DNA of 62,609 nt, filler included, from Asterionella formosa (taxonomy: Eukaryota): NCBI GenBank assembly GCA_002256025.1. It is 16 parts of 16 records of this genome, joined end to end, with 100 filler letters (N's around TTAATTAATTAA, not from the genome) between each part and the next. Parts side by side here need not be neighbours in the genome. Positions count along the whole stretch, not along the records: positions 1 to 31,391 come from NKIB01000700.1; 15 more parts are not named here. One strand, written 5' to 3'. The position numbers were made by a program, and so were the translations under genes. Under the pieces are notes generated by a model. That model made no database searches and was not told the DNA's origin. It was given only the letters and a program-made list of their open reading frames with translations. The stretch's first letter is position 1. Each line of letters starts with the position of its first letter. Of the stretch, positions 11,100 to 24,124 are shown in pieces.

Positions 11100-13150
11100 G
11101 CTATCTATTTTACTTCTTCATGAAACCCTGTAGATGTGGCGCAATCCTCATCCAAAAAGTCGACCCGATCAGCTTTTTCAACAGTCGCCAAAATATTGGA
11201 ATCGGAATTTGTATGTGCAAAATCGTTCTCGTAGACTTAGAGTGGTCTTGCGTAGGTTTTTCGCTGAATAATTCTCTGTCCGAAAAGACTACTGGTACAG
11301 GGTAAGTTCCCACGTGACTTCACATATTCTGATTGGTTGAATTGAATTTACTCACCTGCTCCAGATTTGCCGAAGTATCCCGGTCTTGTAAAGGAAATGA
11401 GAGAATAGATCAAACTGGGTGAGACGGTCATCCTCGTCAATGTCCAATTTGTTCTAACCTTGCATATATTATACATCAAAAACTGCTGGCGCACAGTCTA
11501 TGCTTAGTCACCATCTCACCATTTTACACACAAACATTTCCGAATTTCCTCGAATATCTTATCAACATCAATATTTGACAAAATATCATTGTGAGACGAG
11601 ATCCCACCATTTTCGACTGACTATAACGACCTGCAATGGAAGTTGAGAATTTAAAAACAAATTCTTTTATGTGTTCCATAATTTGGATCATCCAAAACTC
11701 CTCATCCTTTTCTTCATGTGCTTTCAAATTTTTCCTACTATAGTTAACAACAATGTTGACGGAATGTAGCTGGTCCGAAAAAAAGAAGACCTTTTGTAGC
11801 ACTTCCCTTTTCCGACTTACCATAGGATGTGCTAGTATACTGTTGTGAAAGATAGTGCATTAGCAGCGATGCACCAAAACTCAACTTTAGATATAATTTT
11901 ATACCAAATAAAATCGAGCTACTAATTTGGAAAAAATTCCAAGTACACAAGATCGATTCCTCCATTTTGTGTTGTGTGGATATGGCTAGAACAGAGGTGT
12001 ATTGTTTAAATCAGGCATCAGCAATTTTTTAGGAATGTGTTGACTGGTGTGCAGAAAAAATGCGAAATATTGCGAAAAATAAAGAATATTGAGAGGTTGA
12101 ATTCAATGAAGTTGATGGTCCTCTGCTACTAGGCCTTTTAATCATTTGCCATATCGTTCTTGGTAAACATATCAATGTAGATGACTTTCAGTCGACCTTT
12201 AATTGAGTAGAATGCCATTGTGGAACATCTCATTTTCGACTTTACTAAGCACGATGACATGCAATGAAGGGTAGAATTAATTTCAACAACTATTAATTGA
12301 GAATTTTCATAACTTGATTTGACCAAAGCTCCTAGATCTTTCATTCATTTACAAAACCGTTCTTGGTACAGACATCAATGTAAAAGAACTCATTCTGTCT
12401 ATAAATTAGAAGACCATTATTGTGAAACATCTCATTTTCGACTTGGTACTACCACGAGGACATGTAATGAAAGAGTAATAATTTCAATAACTATTCATTG
12501 AGAATTATCATAGTTTAATTCGACCAAAGCTCCTCGACCTGTTATGCATTTACCATATCGTTTTTGGTAAAGATATCAATGTAGAGTATTACAGTCGGGC
12601 TGAAAAGGAGGAGTACTTTGTGGCTTCTTTTCATTGTGACTTTTAATAAGGATGGGCTGATACTAAGCCGGGATAGTAAGTACTGAATCAGGGATGCACC
12701 ACAAAACGAAATGAACTTTTCTCCACAAATCTCTATCCAGCGATTTAATTGGAGAGTATTCGATGTACATGTGATCAATTTCTACAGTTGGAATGTCGAT
12801 ATGCTTACAACAGTGGCGAAAATATAAGGTTTGTATAAATAAATATTTTTCGGAGTGTGGAAACAGGTGTAAAGAAAAAGTGCGAAAAAACAGATATGAT
12901 AAATGATTGATAGCGATCTCCATAGCTTCTTACCCCTTTCCTTCGATTGAATCATCGTACTCCTTGCTACAGTTTTCATTGTATACTCGGTCAGAAAAGG
13001 AGGAGTATACGGTTGCATTTCTAGATTTCGATTCACTATGAAGGGGACATGCTATGAACGACAATGCTGAAAACCGACACTTCTTTGGAGATTTATTTAG
13101 CTGTCTTGTCCTCAAATCCGACTATTGTAAACTCTGCATCAACAATCATG
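11100..13150 (-). pseudogene. Degenerate helical-repeat (PPR-like) gene with ~201-bp tandem units
   Basis: The unit marker ATCAATGTA recurs at 12171, 12374 and 12575. Minus-strand translation gives YIDIFTKNDMVN..., VENEMFHNG, YIDVCTKNGFVNE and IAANALSFTTV, with many stops. Confidence 0.4.
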
Positions 13151-14213
13151 ACAAAAACGAAGTGCGATAATGAGACTTCTACTCCCTCTCCTAAATTCTA
13201 CTGTGTGAAGCGTCCTTATAGTTTTGTTACTCTTTGGCAATTTGCAATCAAATAAATATTTGAACGCGGAAAAAATAATAATTGAAATGAAAATGGGGAA
13301 TTTTTATGTAATTATGTGGTATCACCATCATAGTCTGGCCACCAAGGGCGCAGCATGCATAGTTTCGCCACTACACGGTTGCGATTGTTGGTCGGTCTAT
13401 TAATATCATATAATTTTTTGATAATTGAATGAACTTATGAACACATAGATTTTGGTTTGATCCAAATAAATAACGGAAAAGATAACATAATATTTTAGAA
13501 AACCGGCATAAACACGTCAGCTTAGACATTAATTCGAAAATGTTTCATAAACGGCGTCTTACGACGCACCTGATTAGAGAGCTTAACTTCTTTATTTATT
13601 GTTTAGCTGCGCTTGACGCTCGCCCCAATGAAACTCAAATTATAATAAATTTCTCGAGTTGAACTGTCTGTCAGTGGACCAAGACCAAATCTCCAGTTGA
13701 AATCATAAATTAAGAAACTTTTACATGATGATGAAATTATTCAAAAATCAAAACAACATATTAGCAGTTGAAATCATTCGACGAAAATTGAATTGTTTCA
13801 TTGACTTCAACTCTCAGCAGATCCAACCGAGTCTCGCTTTCAATATGAATCATTAGCCCTCATGATATGACCCTTGGTTATCCAACACAACAAAGCTGTT
13901 TTCAACCTAGACGCAGACCTCATTAAATTATTTGGTTCAACTCTCAGCAGACCCAAATCTATTTTGGCATTCCAAATGAATCACTACTAGTCTTCACCAC
14001 ATTATGATAGATTATTCTTTGCAACCAACAGTATGTATGCACTTTTCGAACAGGTCGACACAAACTTGATCAAACTTTTTGTTTACGATTAAATGCTCAC
14101 AAGATCCAAATTGAATTTCTCTTTCCATGGGAAGTATAAAAAATTTAGCATGTTTCATAGTCCAATTTTACTCCCCTCTTTCGAGGCAAGTATTTCATTG
14201 TGCTTTCTGTCGA

Positions 14214-14499
14214 CAAGACCTGTGCTTCCCTAGTTTTGTTAGCGTAGGTGAGTCCCCAACCACCTTTCACGAAAGGTGATCGCCTAGCCGCAGCGTTAGG
14301 GGAAACTCCGACCGCCTAGGAAGGCGGCGTAAGCTGCTTGTAGGGGGGCAACCCACTATTTCTTGCACACCAGGCAAGACCGTGCGGGACGGTAAGAAGT
14401 GTGGGAGTCGAACCCAGCAATTCAAAAAAATTGCAAGAATCGAACCTCACAACCTCAGATCAAAGGCAACGTGCGGTCTTATCCACCAAACCATTCCCT
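14214..14499 (-). mobile_element. tRNA-derived SINE-like repeat, copy 2
   Basis: Reverse-complement homologue of 6800-7086, with GGTTCGATTC and GGGTTCGACTCCC B-boxes on the minus strand. Confidence 0.7.
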
Positions 14500-15169
14500 T
14501 CTCCATGGGAATTGAAATTATTCTTTATGACGATAATTTTTCAAACAAAACTCGACTCAAGAAGAATTGATTTTTTACCTACCGGTAATCTGCCAGCTAC
14601 CCCTAAATTAGTTTTCGCTTTGCTTCCAGACCGTATGAATTCTTCTTCTTTATTGTGACCATAGATTTTCTCCAACAAATCAAAACATAACATTTCTGGT
14701 CCTTGTTCATACAAGTCGTTCTTCATGATGACCTCATAACCTATCAAATCAAAACAGTATATTTGTACTAATTGGACGAATGGGTGCCAATTAAATCTTG
14801 GCAGGCCCAAACCGAATTTTGATTTCGATCTGAATTTCTATTTATTGTAATGATGTGAGATCTTATTCAACACCAAGAACTCGAAATAGCATGATGTTAG
14901 TACTGCTAGCTAACTCAAAATTATAGTTACATGGTACATTGAGTGTACTATGTATACTGGTCGATGAATTGTACATATCCATGCACGCTTTCAGACATGC
15001 ATTGTATATTTTATAATGTGCTGCCCCATTTTGACATCAAGTATGGCGTACGAACCGATTCTGGATTCCGTCCTGTGGTACACTCCTCGTGTGGAGAACT
15101 CATTGTATGTAATCTGATCATATCTGACCTACGTAAATGTCAAAGTGTCCGGTAAAACTGAAATGCAAC

Positions 15170-18100
15170 TCATCACATAAAAGAAATGATGCATCACATA
15201 ATAGTTAAGCTAAAATTAGTTTTGATAACTTCCATAATTTTTTAGAAACCCATATAATTTTTGGGCAACTAACAATACTTTATGCAGCCAATCGAATAAT
15301 TTCTTGATCAACGACAACAATTATTATTCGCAGCAATCATCTATAAATTCTATGAATGAACAAAAGAAACTGAAAATGCTTTTGAAATGATAATATTGAT
15401 GGAACAGCTACTACCAGAACTATTTTTAGATTGTATGACTAAGTAGTAAATTAAATTTAGAAAATTGCAGATTAGGAGCATGCTGATGTGGAAGCAGGTG
15501 CGAAAATTGCGGAATAGGAACAAGTTGATGTGGAATCACTGCTGCCCTGCTTGCTTGCTTGTGACGACCTCCTTCTGGTCGTTTTTGTACAATCAACAGT
15601 TATTCCGACACCTTCACTTCAATCACAGACCAGCAGTAGCTGCTTAATCACTAGAATCTCGTCATAGTTGTTGGCTGATTGTAGCTTGAAAATTAATGAT
15701 TCCTGAAAATAGGAGGGAGATAAACTAGGGAGAGTTGTTGAATTGAAAACAATTACAAAGCGCACAAACCAATCATAAATCTTCTTACCTTATTTTGTCT
15801 CTGGAATGTCAACAAAGCATTTTTGCTTCTGAAGCACGAGCTAGATTACTTGAGTGAGTGCTTGCAACGGACAAATAGCAAGAAAACAGATGAAACAACT
15901 AACAACATACCACAAAGGCGCCAACAACCAAGCCTTGAAAAAACCTTGATTTTTTCGAATCTTGAATTTTCGTTCATGGAAGGCTATAATTTAGAGAGGA
16001 GGATGAGGTTTGAGGAGAAGAAGCTCATATTATCCAACAATTGCATCATACTTACTGCGCAGAGTTCATCATCATCAATTTGGTTTTCCATGATCTCGGC
16101 ATATTTTACAATTTATTCGGTGCAAGAATGATGAAAGGGTCGATAATTAATTTAAAATGATTGCGGAAAATTGTGCTCACTTACTAATACAATGTATCAA
16201 ACTCCTGTCAACTTTTTGGGTGGGCTGCAGTTTTGTACAAGTCAACCACGAGGACCACCAATTTTACCACCCTTGTTGCTTGAACTACCAGTAGCATGTG
16301 ATACAAAAGGAAAATAATTATGACTTGATTGATGTTCAGGATACCCGAAGTATCTCTTGTCAGAGCTAGTATATAATGTTTAGCTTAGATGGGGGATTGC
16401 ATTCTAGTTGGATAATAGCACGCCTTCATAGGTGGCGGTCAGCGCCCGACGTCACCACATTTGTTGGGATGATCCTGGGTTGGTAAGTAGTTCTAACTAT
16501 ACAAATGCATTAACATCAGGGCTGGAAGGTCCAGTAGTGCACGTTGACCTTTATGCGCACCTTTTAAGTTTCGATGCACTCCCAATAGAATGTCTCACCT
16601 GCCGGACGAGATAGACTGGCTTTCATTCAAAACTCTAAGTAACTTTGTTCAATTTTAAATTTATAATTCCTTAAATCCAAGTCGTGTTCTGGTTATCGAA
16701 ATCGTGTTCACCTACTACTACTAATACTGGTAATGGTTTTAAGCGATTGGATGACGGTTTGCTAATGGAATTTCCCAATCAGTAACTTCTAGTCATAGTC
16801 AGCAATTTCTAATCATATTATTCTTGTATGTTTATCAACGTTCGCTTGTTAGTTTTTGGTCCCACCTGATTGATTTCCATAAATGACGTGGAGGCATGGC
16901 AACATAAAAATTGTCTTTCCGTATCTGTTCCAAAACTTCTTACGGTTTCAGAGATTTCCTTGATTCTTGTGGTTTCAAAGCAGGTGCAACAAATTCTGCC
17001 GAAAGTATATTATGAAATTCAACAACGCTCAATTCATTTGTTTCTCAACATCTATGATATGGTTTCCATTGTAGAAGTCTCACACTAACTATATTTACTA
17101 TGAAAACAAAGTATGCTTTTGATTCTATTAGATCCATTCAAAATCAATGTCGTCATCAATGTCCAATTGATTAATGTGGTCATTGCAATCAATATTCTTC
17201 TCAGGAACATTTGGTTGAAGTGCTGGTTCAACATATTGATGCATATCCTCTTCACTTACGTTGGGAAATGAGAAGTATGAGTGTTGGTAGTTGATGATAT
17301 TTGTGATGGAAGAATCAATTCCACTAGGATTCCTTCCATATTCAGATCGATTCTTTTGTGAAAGTCCAGTGTAGAACTCCTTATAAAAAACAAGCAAATC
17401 ATCAGTCCATTGGAAGTGAGACCATTTGAAACTGAACTTTCTTCCCTCACACTTTTTTGATAAGTGGTTTCCCACCAATGTCAACAAAATCCTTAAAACA
17501 CCAAGAAGCAAAATGCTTCTGAGCTGGCATTAATCAGTGAACCAACAAAATTAGATTGCAATTCAAACTGTGCCCAAAGACTGAGTTGAAATTTGCTCAC
17601 ACCAGATTTGTATCCTGTTCGAAATGCTTCTCCATGCAAGCTTGATCCATTTTGCTTACGATATTTCTTTTCATGAAGCAGGCATTGCTTGCTTTGGCAT
17701 AATAACTCTACTCATTTCACATGCCGAATCTTCACAAAAGTAGCTGACTTCGGAATTGTTTTCGATGATTTTACAAAGAAATTCTTTTCTTCCATGCATG
17801 ATTTGGAAAAAGATTCGATTTTGTGCTTCAAACTTCGTTCCCGACACAGTGCATCAGCTGCCTTAGCCAGTATGTTCATCAAATCTCTGTCTGCATTGAT
17901 CTTCTTGAATTCGAGGTCTTGATCTAGCGCAAACTTTTTCTTGTAGATCTTTCCTTTTAGAAATGCAATAGTTTCTTTGCTTTCATGATGTTCATCAATC
18001 TGGACGAATGGAGAGAGATATTTCTTGGTTTTGCAACTTTTCAACCATTTCTACTTCAGAAGTGATGTCTCCCATATTTCCGCCGGTATTTTCATTCATC

Positions 18101-20641
18101 GCATCAACTCTGCCATCAAATGAATGAGAATCACTGAGTTCTTCTTCATTATCAGCGATTTCGGGTGAATGAGCAAAATACGACACTAGATGGTGGAACT
18201 GTGACTCTGTAGGAATAGAGTCTTCATCTGCGAAGAACAACTGTTTGGGCTTCCTCTTCGAAAAAAATTTGTATTATTATGAATCTGAGTGTATTCAATG
18301 GAATCTTCGATTGATTTCATAAGTTTCTTCATCTTCTTTTCCGAAAACATAAAGTCGTGAAGTGTAAACAATGGAAGTAACAAGTCACGTTGCTTGTTTG
18401 ACTGATCCTTTCCATGAAATCCATGAAATGCCATTTGGAAAGTTTTCGAAGGGCCAGAAGACTATGATGTAAAATAGTGGAAGGGAAACGCGGAGCTTTT
18501 TGCGGCGCTTGTGGAGGTGCAACTGGTGTGATGGTAACCGAGTGTAGTAATTGTTGAACAGAGCACAGTGTAATATGAATGTTCCGCCAGTGTAGTGTTT
18601 ACACAATACATCTGCCGGTATATATAGCTATAACAAGGAAAAACGACATGATGATGAACTTGATGGCTGGTTGTTGAGGATACCGGTATGTGATGTGCAT
18701 CAATCCATATCACAAATCACATTATAGTGATGTACATATCAACGCATCCATATACTTAGATTCTATCCACAATAGAATACTATCATTTTAACTGTTGGCT
18801 TTTACTGTACACCTTTAAAGTCGAATATATATATACATATTTTAATTAACATACTTTATGATTAATCAATTTATTTTCTATGATGTTTTGATAACACTTG
18901 CGTACATATTTTTTCGTACTTTTTTCATTGTATTTTTTTTAACATAATCATATTTTGATTATAAATATATCATGGACATTTTAAGAAATCATCATAGTTC
19001 TATGATAAATGTATAATAGCTATTGATATGATACTTTATTCGATATTACATATCATACTTTGGTGATGTATGCATCGATGTAAACCTATCGTGATATCAC
19101 ATTATCATCTTATCAATCATGATGAGATGATTGGGAACTGTAGTATTCTGCATCGTACTACGGAGTATGATATTATAACACGCAATTAAGTAGCTAAGTC
19201 ACTCCTGTAATGTAAACAAGTCGACAGTGTATGTACACACACGCTAATCAGGTTTGAGGCAACAGACAATGGTTCCAAAGAGCACATCACGATATGGGTA
19301 CCAATTTTTCCTGTGACAAACCGCAATGACGAAGGACACTTGCCCCTCTATTGACGAGGATGACATGGACACCGACTTTTCCAGGAGCAAACAACAATGA
19401 AGAGACCCACTTGCTGCTCTATTGATGGTAACAAAGATGCGGACAAGTTCAACATTGAATACAAGAACAACATACCAATGAAAACAAGTCGGCAGTGTGT
19501 GTACGCACACGCCAAGCAGGTTTGAGGCAACGGACAGTTCCAACAAGCAAATGATGATATGGATATCAAATAATTCCTACAAGCAAACAACAATGAAGAG
19601 AGCCACTTGCTTTTGCTCTCTTGATGGTATCAAAGATGCGGACAAGTTTAACAGTGATTACAAGAACAACATAGCTACCAATGAAAACAAGTCAACAGTG
19701 TGTGTACACATGCGCTAAGCAGGTTTGAGGCAACGGACAGTTCCAACAAGCAAATGACGAAATGGATATCAAATTTTTCCTGTGGCAAACCACAATGATA
19801 ATGATGAAGGACATTCGTCCCTCTTTTGTTGATGATACCGATACCGGTCGGTTTTTCCATGAGCAAACAACAATGAAGAGGGCCACTTGCTGTCGCTCTC
19901 TTGACGGTATCAAAGATGCAGACAAGTTCAATAGATAATACAAGTACAGCATGTGAAATGCGGAAACGAGCGATATGACAAAGAAATTGTAATCAGAATC
20001 ATTCTATTACTAAAACTATGTTCATAGCAGTCTGTTATACTTTCGTATCTCCTTCTATGCTGAATCTCAATAATAGATGTAGCATCATGTGAGAATTGAA
20101 AATGTCAACAAGAACAAGTAGAATGTTTTTGTTTACAAGTTGATCTGCGAGATTTTCATGCTGGTGGTCAACAAAACGGATTTTACTATTTGCGCTGTAT
20201 GTGGAAACATTCCGAGTTTGAATGATTTCTTCTTTGTAACTCTAAATTGAATGATTATGAACATAGGTTCACTGCACGTGACGATTAATCAAAGATGTAA
20301 TGATCACTTGACCAACAATTGAAGATGTCGTTATCGCAAACAATTATTCCACTTGTCATGGCTAGTATTTTGTTGATGTGGAGAAAATCGGAGTGATGAC
20401 AGATAATAGTAACAAGCCAAATTACATTACTTTAGCTGGTGCATGATCATTTCAAGAAATTCAAATACAGGAATCTAATAGAAACAATACATATAATAAT
20501 CAAATATACACAGTCAAAAGGGTTACTATTTAAATTACAAGGGCATTTATCAAAATAATTAGATGATATAACGAAAAATTATGTTCATATGATCGCAATC
20601 CTATGATGCATCATGGGAACATGATAGTTTTTATATGCAGA
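15170..20641. mobile_element. Large unclassified dispersed repeat (probable decayed DNA transposon) with internal tandem repeats and broken ORFs
   Basis: 15170-15290 matches 51190-51315 (reverse complement). 18619-20165 matches 52789-54077. 20415-20641 matches 33252-33478 (reverse complement). Three imperfect ~200-270 bp tandem units lie at 19214-19950, and fragmented minus-strand ORFs at 17128-18713. Confidence 0.6.
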
Positions 20642-21337
20642 CGAAATTAAATGGAGAATTAGGGTGGTGGTGAAAAACCCCAATGGCAAGCAATTTTTAT
20701 CATTGTTAGTCTACCCACCTAATGGAATTCCGGCTTGGAAAGGAACCGCTTTTTCCGATATGCGTGGACAAAACCAAAATGGAATTCTGGTGCAGTGGTG
20801 GTAAGGAAAGAAAAATTAGTTCAGTTGAGGTACCAGGTAGACCATGCCATGTCTGAGCTGTGATAATCATCAATCGTTCCTCTGCACTGCATGTATTACT
20901 CATGATGCTGTCGCAGCAGACCCCACATATATGACATAATTTGTGATGGACATTCTACAGCATAGTTTATATTTACTGTTACGTACCCTCTGACTAACAG
21001 ACTAATATAAACTTGCTAATTGCTGGAAGCCTCTTCAAAAACCACATTTGAGTACTTGCTGGACACTCAACCAGTCTACTGTATAAAAATGGGTAATAGA
21101 GCTGCTAGATTCTAAATACCGGTATATTCATATACTTGGTATGACAATAAGGTAATGGTGTCTATAGGGTAATATCAATTGACAGACATCTAGCAACCTC
21201 CAAACAGTTCCACCATTTTTATCATTCAGATCCTAAGTAGCTACAACAGACATTTTTGCATTCAATGTGTACCATGTTTGTTCCTTGACCCACCACTACA
21301 TGCCAACTAAGGTAACTTTTATACTCTGTTAATAATC

Positions 21338-22660
21338 CTAAAGAGTTGATCCCTCCCACTGACCATAGTCAAATATTAGATTCACACGACATGATTCATT
21401 TCCAGTAAAGTACTGTGGGTCTGACCAGTCCATATTGGTAACACAACCACACAAGAGACTATGAACTTTCTTGAGAATCTTGACCTGCAACTGCTCCACA
21501 TGATCCATTGGAGTGAAGCCGTCATTGGCACTCCGTGCAATTGTCACGAGAAAAGGAGGATTGCCTACAGAAATGCAAGTGATGCTTCTGAGATAGATAT
21601 CTAGTAAATTGAGTCTCTCGTCACCAAGAGTGGCAGTTACCACTTCATGCGGAATAGTCAGTACACCCCAAGCTTCCATACTCTTTTGAATGAGCAATTG
21701 TTTAAACTTGGCATTTGCTAAATGTGTCACGAATTTGTGAATGGCTACGACTGCGATCACACTTTCATTGAGTGAATTTTCCATGTTCCGTGTTACATCA
21801 CCAATGGCGTTGCCTTTGGCAATAGTGCTGAGAAGATGACAAAATGAATCTTGAATCTCTCGACTCTTTTGCACATAGTCTGTTGCCTGTTTGGCAACGT
21901 TTGTCATAATTTGAACCAAGTCTTGGAGAAATACGGTGTATTCAACATCAATGCTGTTAAGCTCATCAAGAAAGGGATTCCTACAAGCGAAATAATCCAA
22001 GCAAATGTCCAACATCCATGGAATAGACATTGGCGGTGAAGGATCGTCGCTCTCATTTGAGACTTCTATTACATTGAGATCAAGCGATTTAGCAAAAAGC
22101 AACTCGCTCGTTGGCCTGACCGAATCATCATCATAGTAATACGGTGTTTTCCAATCAACTTTGAGTTTAGCACAGTCCGGCAAATCTATAAATGCAAAAT
22201 TCTCCATCAAATGATTAGCACGATGTGAATCTGCAGGATCAACCCAAGCCCCGACCTTCAGGTGATGTTGTCCACGCGGTAATTGATTGGAACACGGCGG
22301 CTTGATCCAGCGTATCGTCGTTAGCTCAGCAGCTACGACAAGAGGCAAGATCCATTCAGCAATACCTGCTGATGTTGCGTCCAAGAGATCGTATAGGTTT
22401 TTGGGAGACTCACTACTGCCTGTAGTGCTGCTGAAATCTAGTCTCGGAAAGAAGCATGCCTTGGCAGGAAATGTCCCACAGGCCAAGTCAGGGTGAGCAT
22501 CAAAGTGGATCAACTCCCAGGGACTACCAAGCCGCTTGTTGTTACTTCGTAATGCAGAATGAATATGCTCTAATGCGTGTTGATGAGATTCTACAACCAA
22601 AACATTGACAACAGGTTGCTCACTTCGTCTCGGCCGTTTACTTTCCGAACAGGACCGCAT
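21338..22660 (-). CDS. UPF0489 family protein (C5orf22-like)
   Basis: Motifs VVESHQHAL, LIHFDAHPDL, IAEWILP, LDICLDYF and IARSANDGFTP. Confidence 0.85.
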   Translation of the reverse strand: MRSCSESKRPRRSEQPVVNVLVVESHQHALEHIHSALRSNNKRLGSPWELIHFDAHPDLACGTFPAKACFFPRLDFSSTTGSSESPKNLYDLLDATSAGIAEWILPLVVAAELTTIRWIKPPCSNQLPRGQHHLKVGAWVDPADSHRANHLMENFAFIDLPDCAKLKVDWKTPYYYDDDSVRPTSELLFAKSLDLNVIEVSNESDDPSPPMSIPWMLDICLDYFACRNPFLDELNSIDVEYTVFLQDLVQIMTNVAKQATDYVQKSREIQDSFCHLLSTIAKGNAIGDVTRNMENSLNESVIAVVAIHKFVTHLANAKFKQLLIQKSMEAWGVLTIPHEVVTATLGDERLNLLDIYLRSITCISVGNPPFLVTIARSANDGFTPMDHVEQLQVKILKKVHSLLCGCVTNMDWSDPQYFTGNESCRVNLIFDYGQWEGSTL

Positions 22661-23119
22661 CTATCAAACACTAGAGGCATACCGGTACACCTGCAGGCAG
22701 TAGCAATCGTCTGTCGTTTTCAAATACCGGTAGATATTTTAATTTTACCGAAGACACGGTCGAATGATAATTAACGGTACCTGGTACCACCAGGTACCAG
22801 TACTAACTATGCGGGTACTTGATACATACCGGTAGTCTTCTCGGACTACCAGGTCCTATTGATGGTGTGTATTAGTGGCGGTGAAGGCGTCGTACCAGGT
22901 ACTCCGTAAGGAAGGTCCGATAAAACACTTTATACTTAAGAAAAGAATAAGCTAAATGTCTCGATTACTGGACCTTCCAAGGGTAATAACTGTCATGTGC
23001 CTTATTATACTTGATAGTCGTCTCGGCATCTTCGTCCTATGAATATGGACCCGTAATGACGAAATGATGTACCGGTAATGCACATACCGGCCAATCCTCA
23101 TCGTTAGTAAGAAATCACC

Positions 23120-24124
23120 ATGTCAACAATACTCGTTTTAGCAGAGGAGGAAGTACCAGCGCCGCCAACATCATCATTATTATCAGAACAGCACAACGGT
23201 GTTGTGGCCAACAGAATAGTGTACCCAAAAACGACAGCCGCATTGTCAACATCAGAGCAATGTTACATCTTGGAGGGTTGTCGCGACGATTGCCGATCGG
23301 ATGGTCGCAGACGCTTGGAATTTAGACCATTTACATTGCTGACAAATTCAGATCCAATCATCATGTCGCATGGGTCATCTCGCATCTTTGTGCAACAAAC
23401 TCATGTGGTGTGCTCCATCAAGGCCGAACTTGTTCATCCTGCGACTCATCAACCTTCGAAAGGAGCTGTTGAGATTCACGTTGACACCTTGATGGACGAT
23501 CCGAGGACGAGGCGCCAAACAGAACAGCAGCTCCAATCAACCCTGACCTACTTATTAGCGGATCATATTGTAGATATGTATGGATTATGCGTCGTCCCAA
23601 ATCAATACGTGTGGAAACTAAACGTTGACTTAGTAGTTCTTTCGGCTAAGCAAGGGAGCCTCATTGATATCTGCTCCAGAGCTATTCGAGCGGCATTGAT
23701 CAACACAAAGCTACCCAATCTAACACCGATCAATACAAAACAAGAAAGTAGAGGCGCGCAAGTTGACTTGGCTGTCGACTCTGACATTCAAAAAGCATCC
23801 ATGCCAATTGGAGCCAACGACTGTCCAATTGTTCTCACTGTATCTGTGCTAAAGTGCCCACCCAAGGGTGCGCTTGTGTTTGTTTTGGATACCACCCTAG
23901 ACGAAGAAGTATGTGCCTCCAGTCAAGTGCGCGTCGCCGTCAAGCCAAATGGTCAAGTGTGTGCTGTCTTGTCGCAAGGAGGATCTTTGGCCTTGGGAAT
24001 TCTACCAGATGTTACTTCGACAGCAGTGCAAGCATCGACGGCCGTTTTGGAAGCTATGAAGATGACGGTGCCAGGAGATGTGACGCCTCAAACACTCCTT
24101 CAGGAGCAGTTTCAGATTAGATAG
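23120..24124 (+). CDS. RRP42: Exosome complex RNase PH subunit RRP42/EXOSC7
   Basis: LSTSEQCYILEG...RSDGRRRLEFRP N-terminus, RNase PH fold motifs GSSR and WKLNVDLVVL..QGSLID, and a late D.T..EE motif. Confidence 0.8.
   Translation: MSTILVLAEEEVPAPPTSSLLSEQHNGVVANRIVYPKTTAALSTSEQCYILEGCRDDCRSDGRRRLEFRPFTLLTNSDPIIMSHGSSRIFVQQTHVVCSIKAELVHPATHQPSKGAVEIHVDTLMDDPRTRRQTEQQLQSTLTYLLADHIVDMYGLCVVPNQYVWKLNVDLVVLSAKQGSLIDICSRAIRAALINTKLPNLTPINTKQESRGAQVDLAVDSDIQKASMPIGANDCPIVLTVSVLKCPPKGALVFVLDTTLDEEVCASSQVRVAVKPNGQVCAVLSQGGSLALGILPDVTSTAVQASTAVLEAMKMTVPGDVTPQTLLQEQFQIR

Noticed and set aside
14243..14310. Hammerhead-like TGAG-TCCCC...GGGGAAAC on the plus strand
   Set aside because: It lacks the CUGANGA core (reads TAGGTGA) and the pyrimidine before GAAA.
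19214..19950. Repeat/spacer-like pattern suggesting a CRISPR array
   Set aside because: The units are long, imperfect tandem duplications whose intervening DNA is also homologous. There are no cas genes and the context is eukaryotic.
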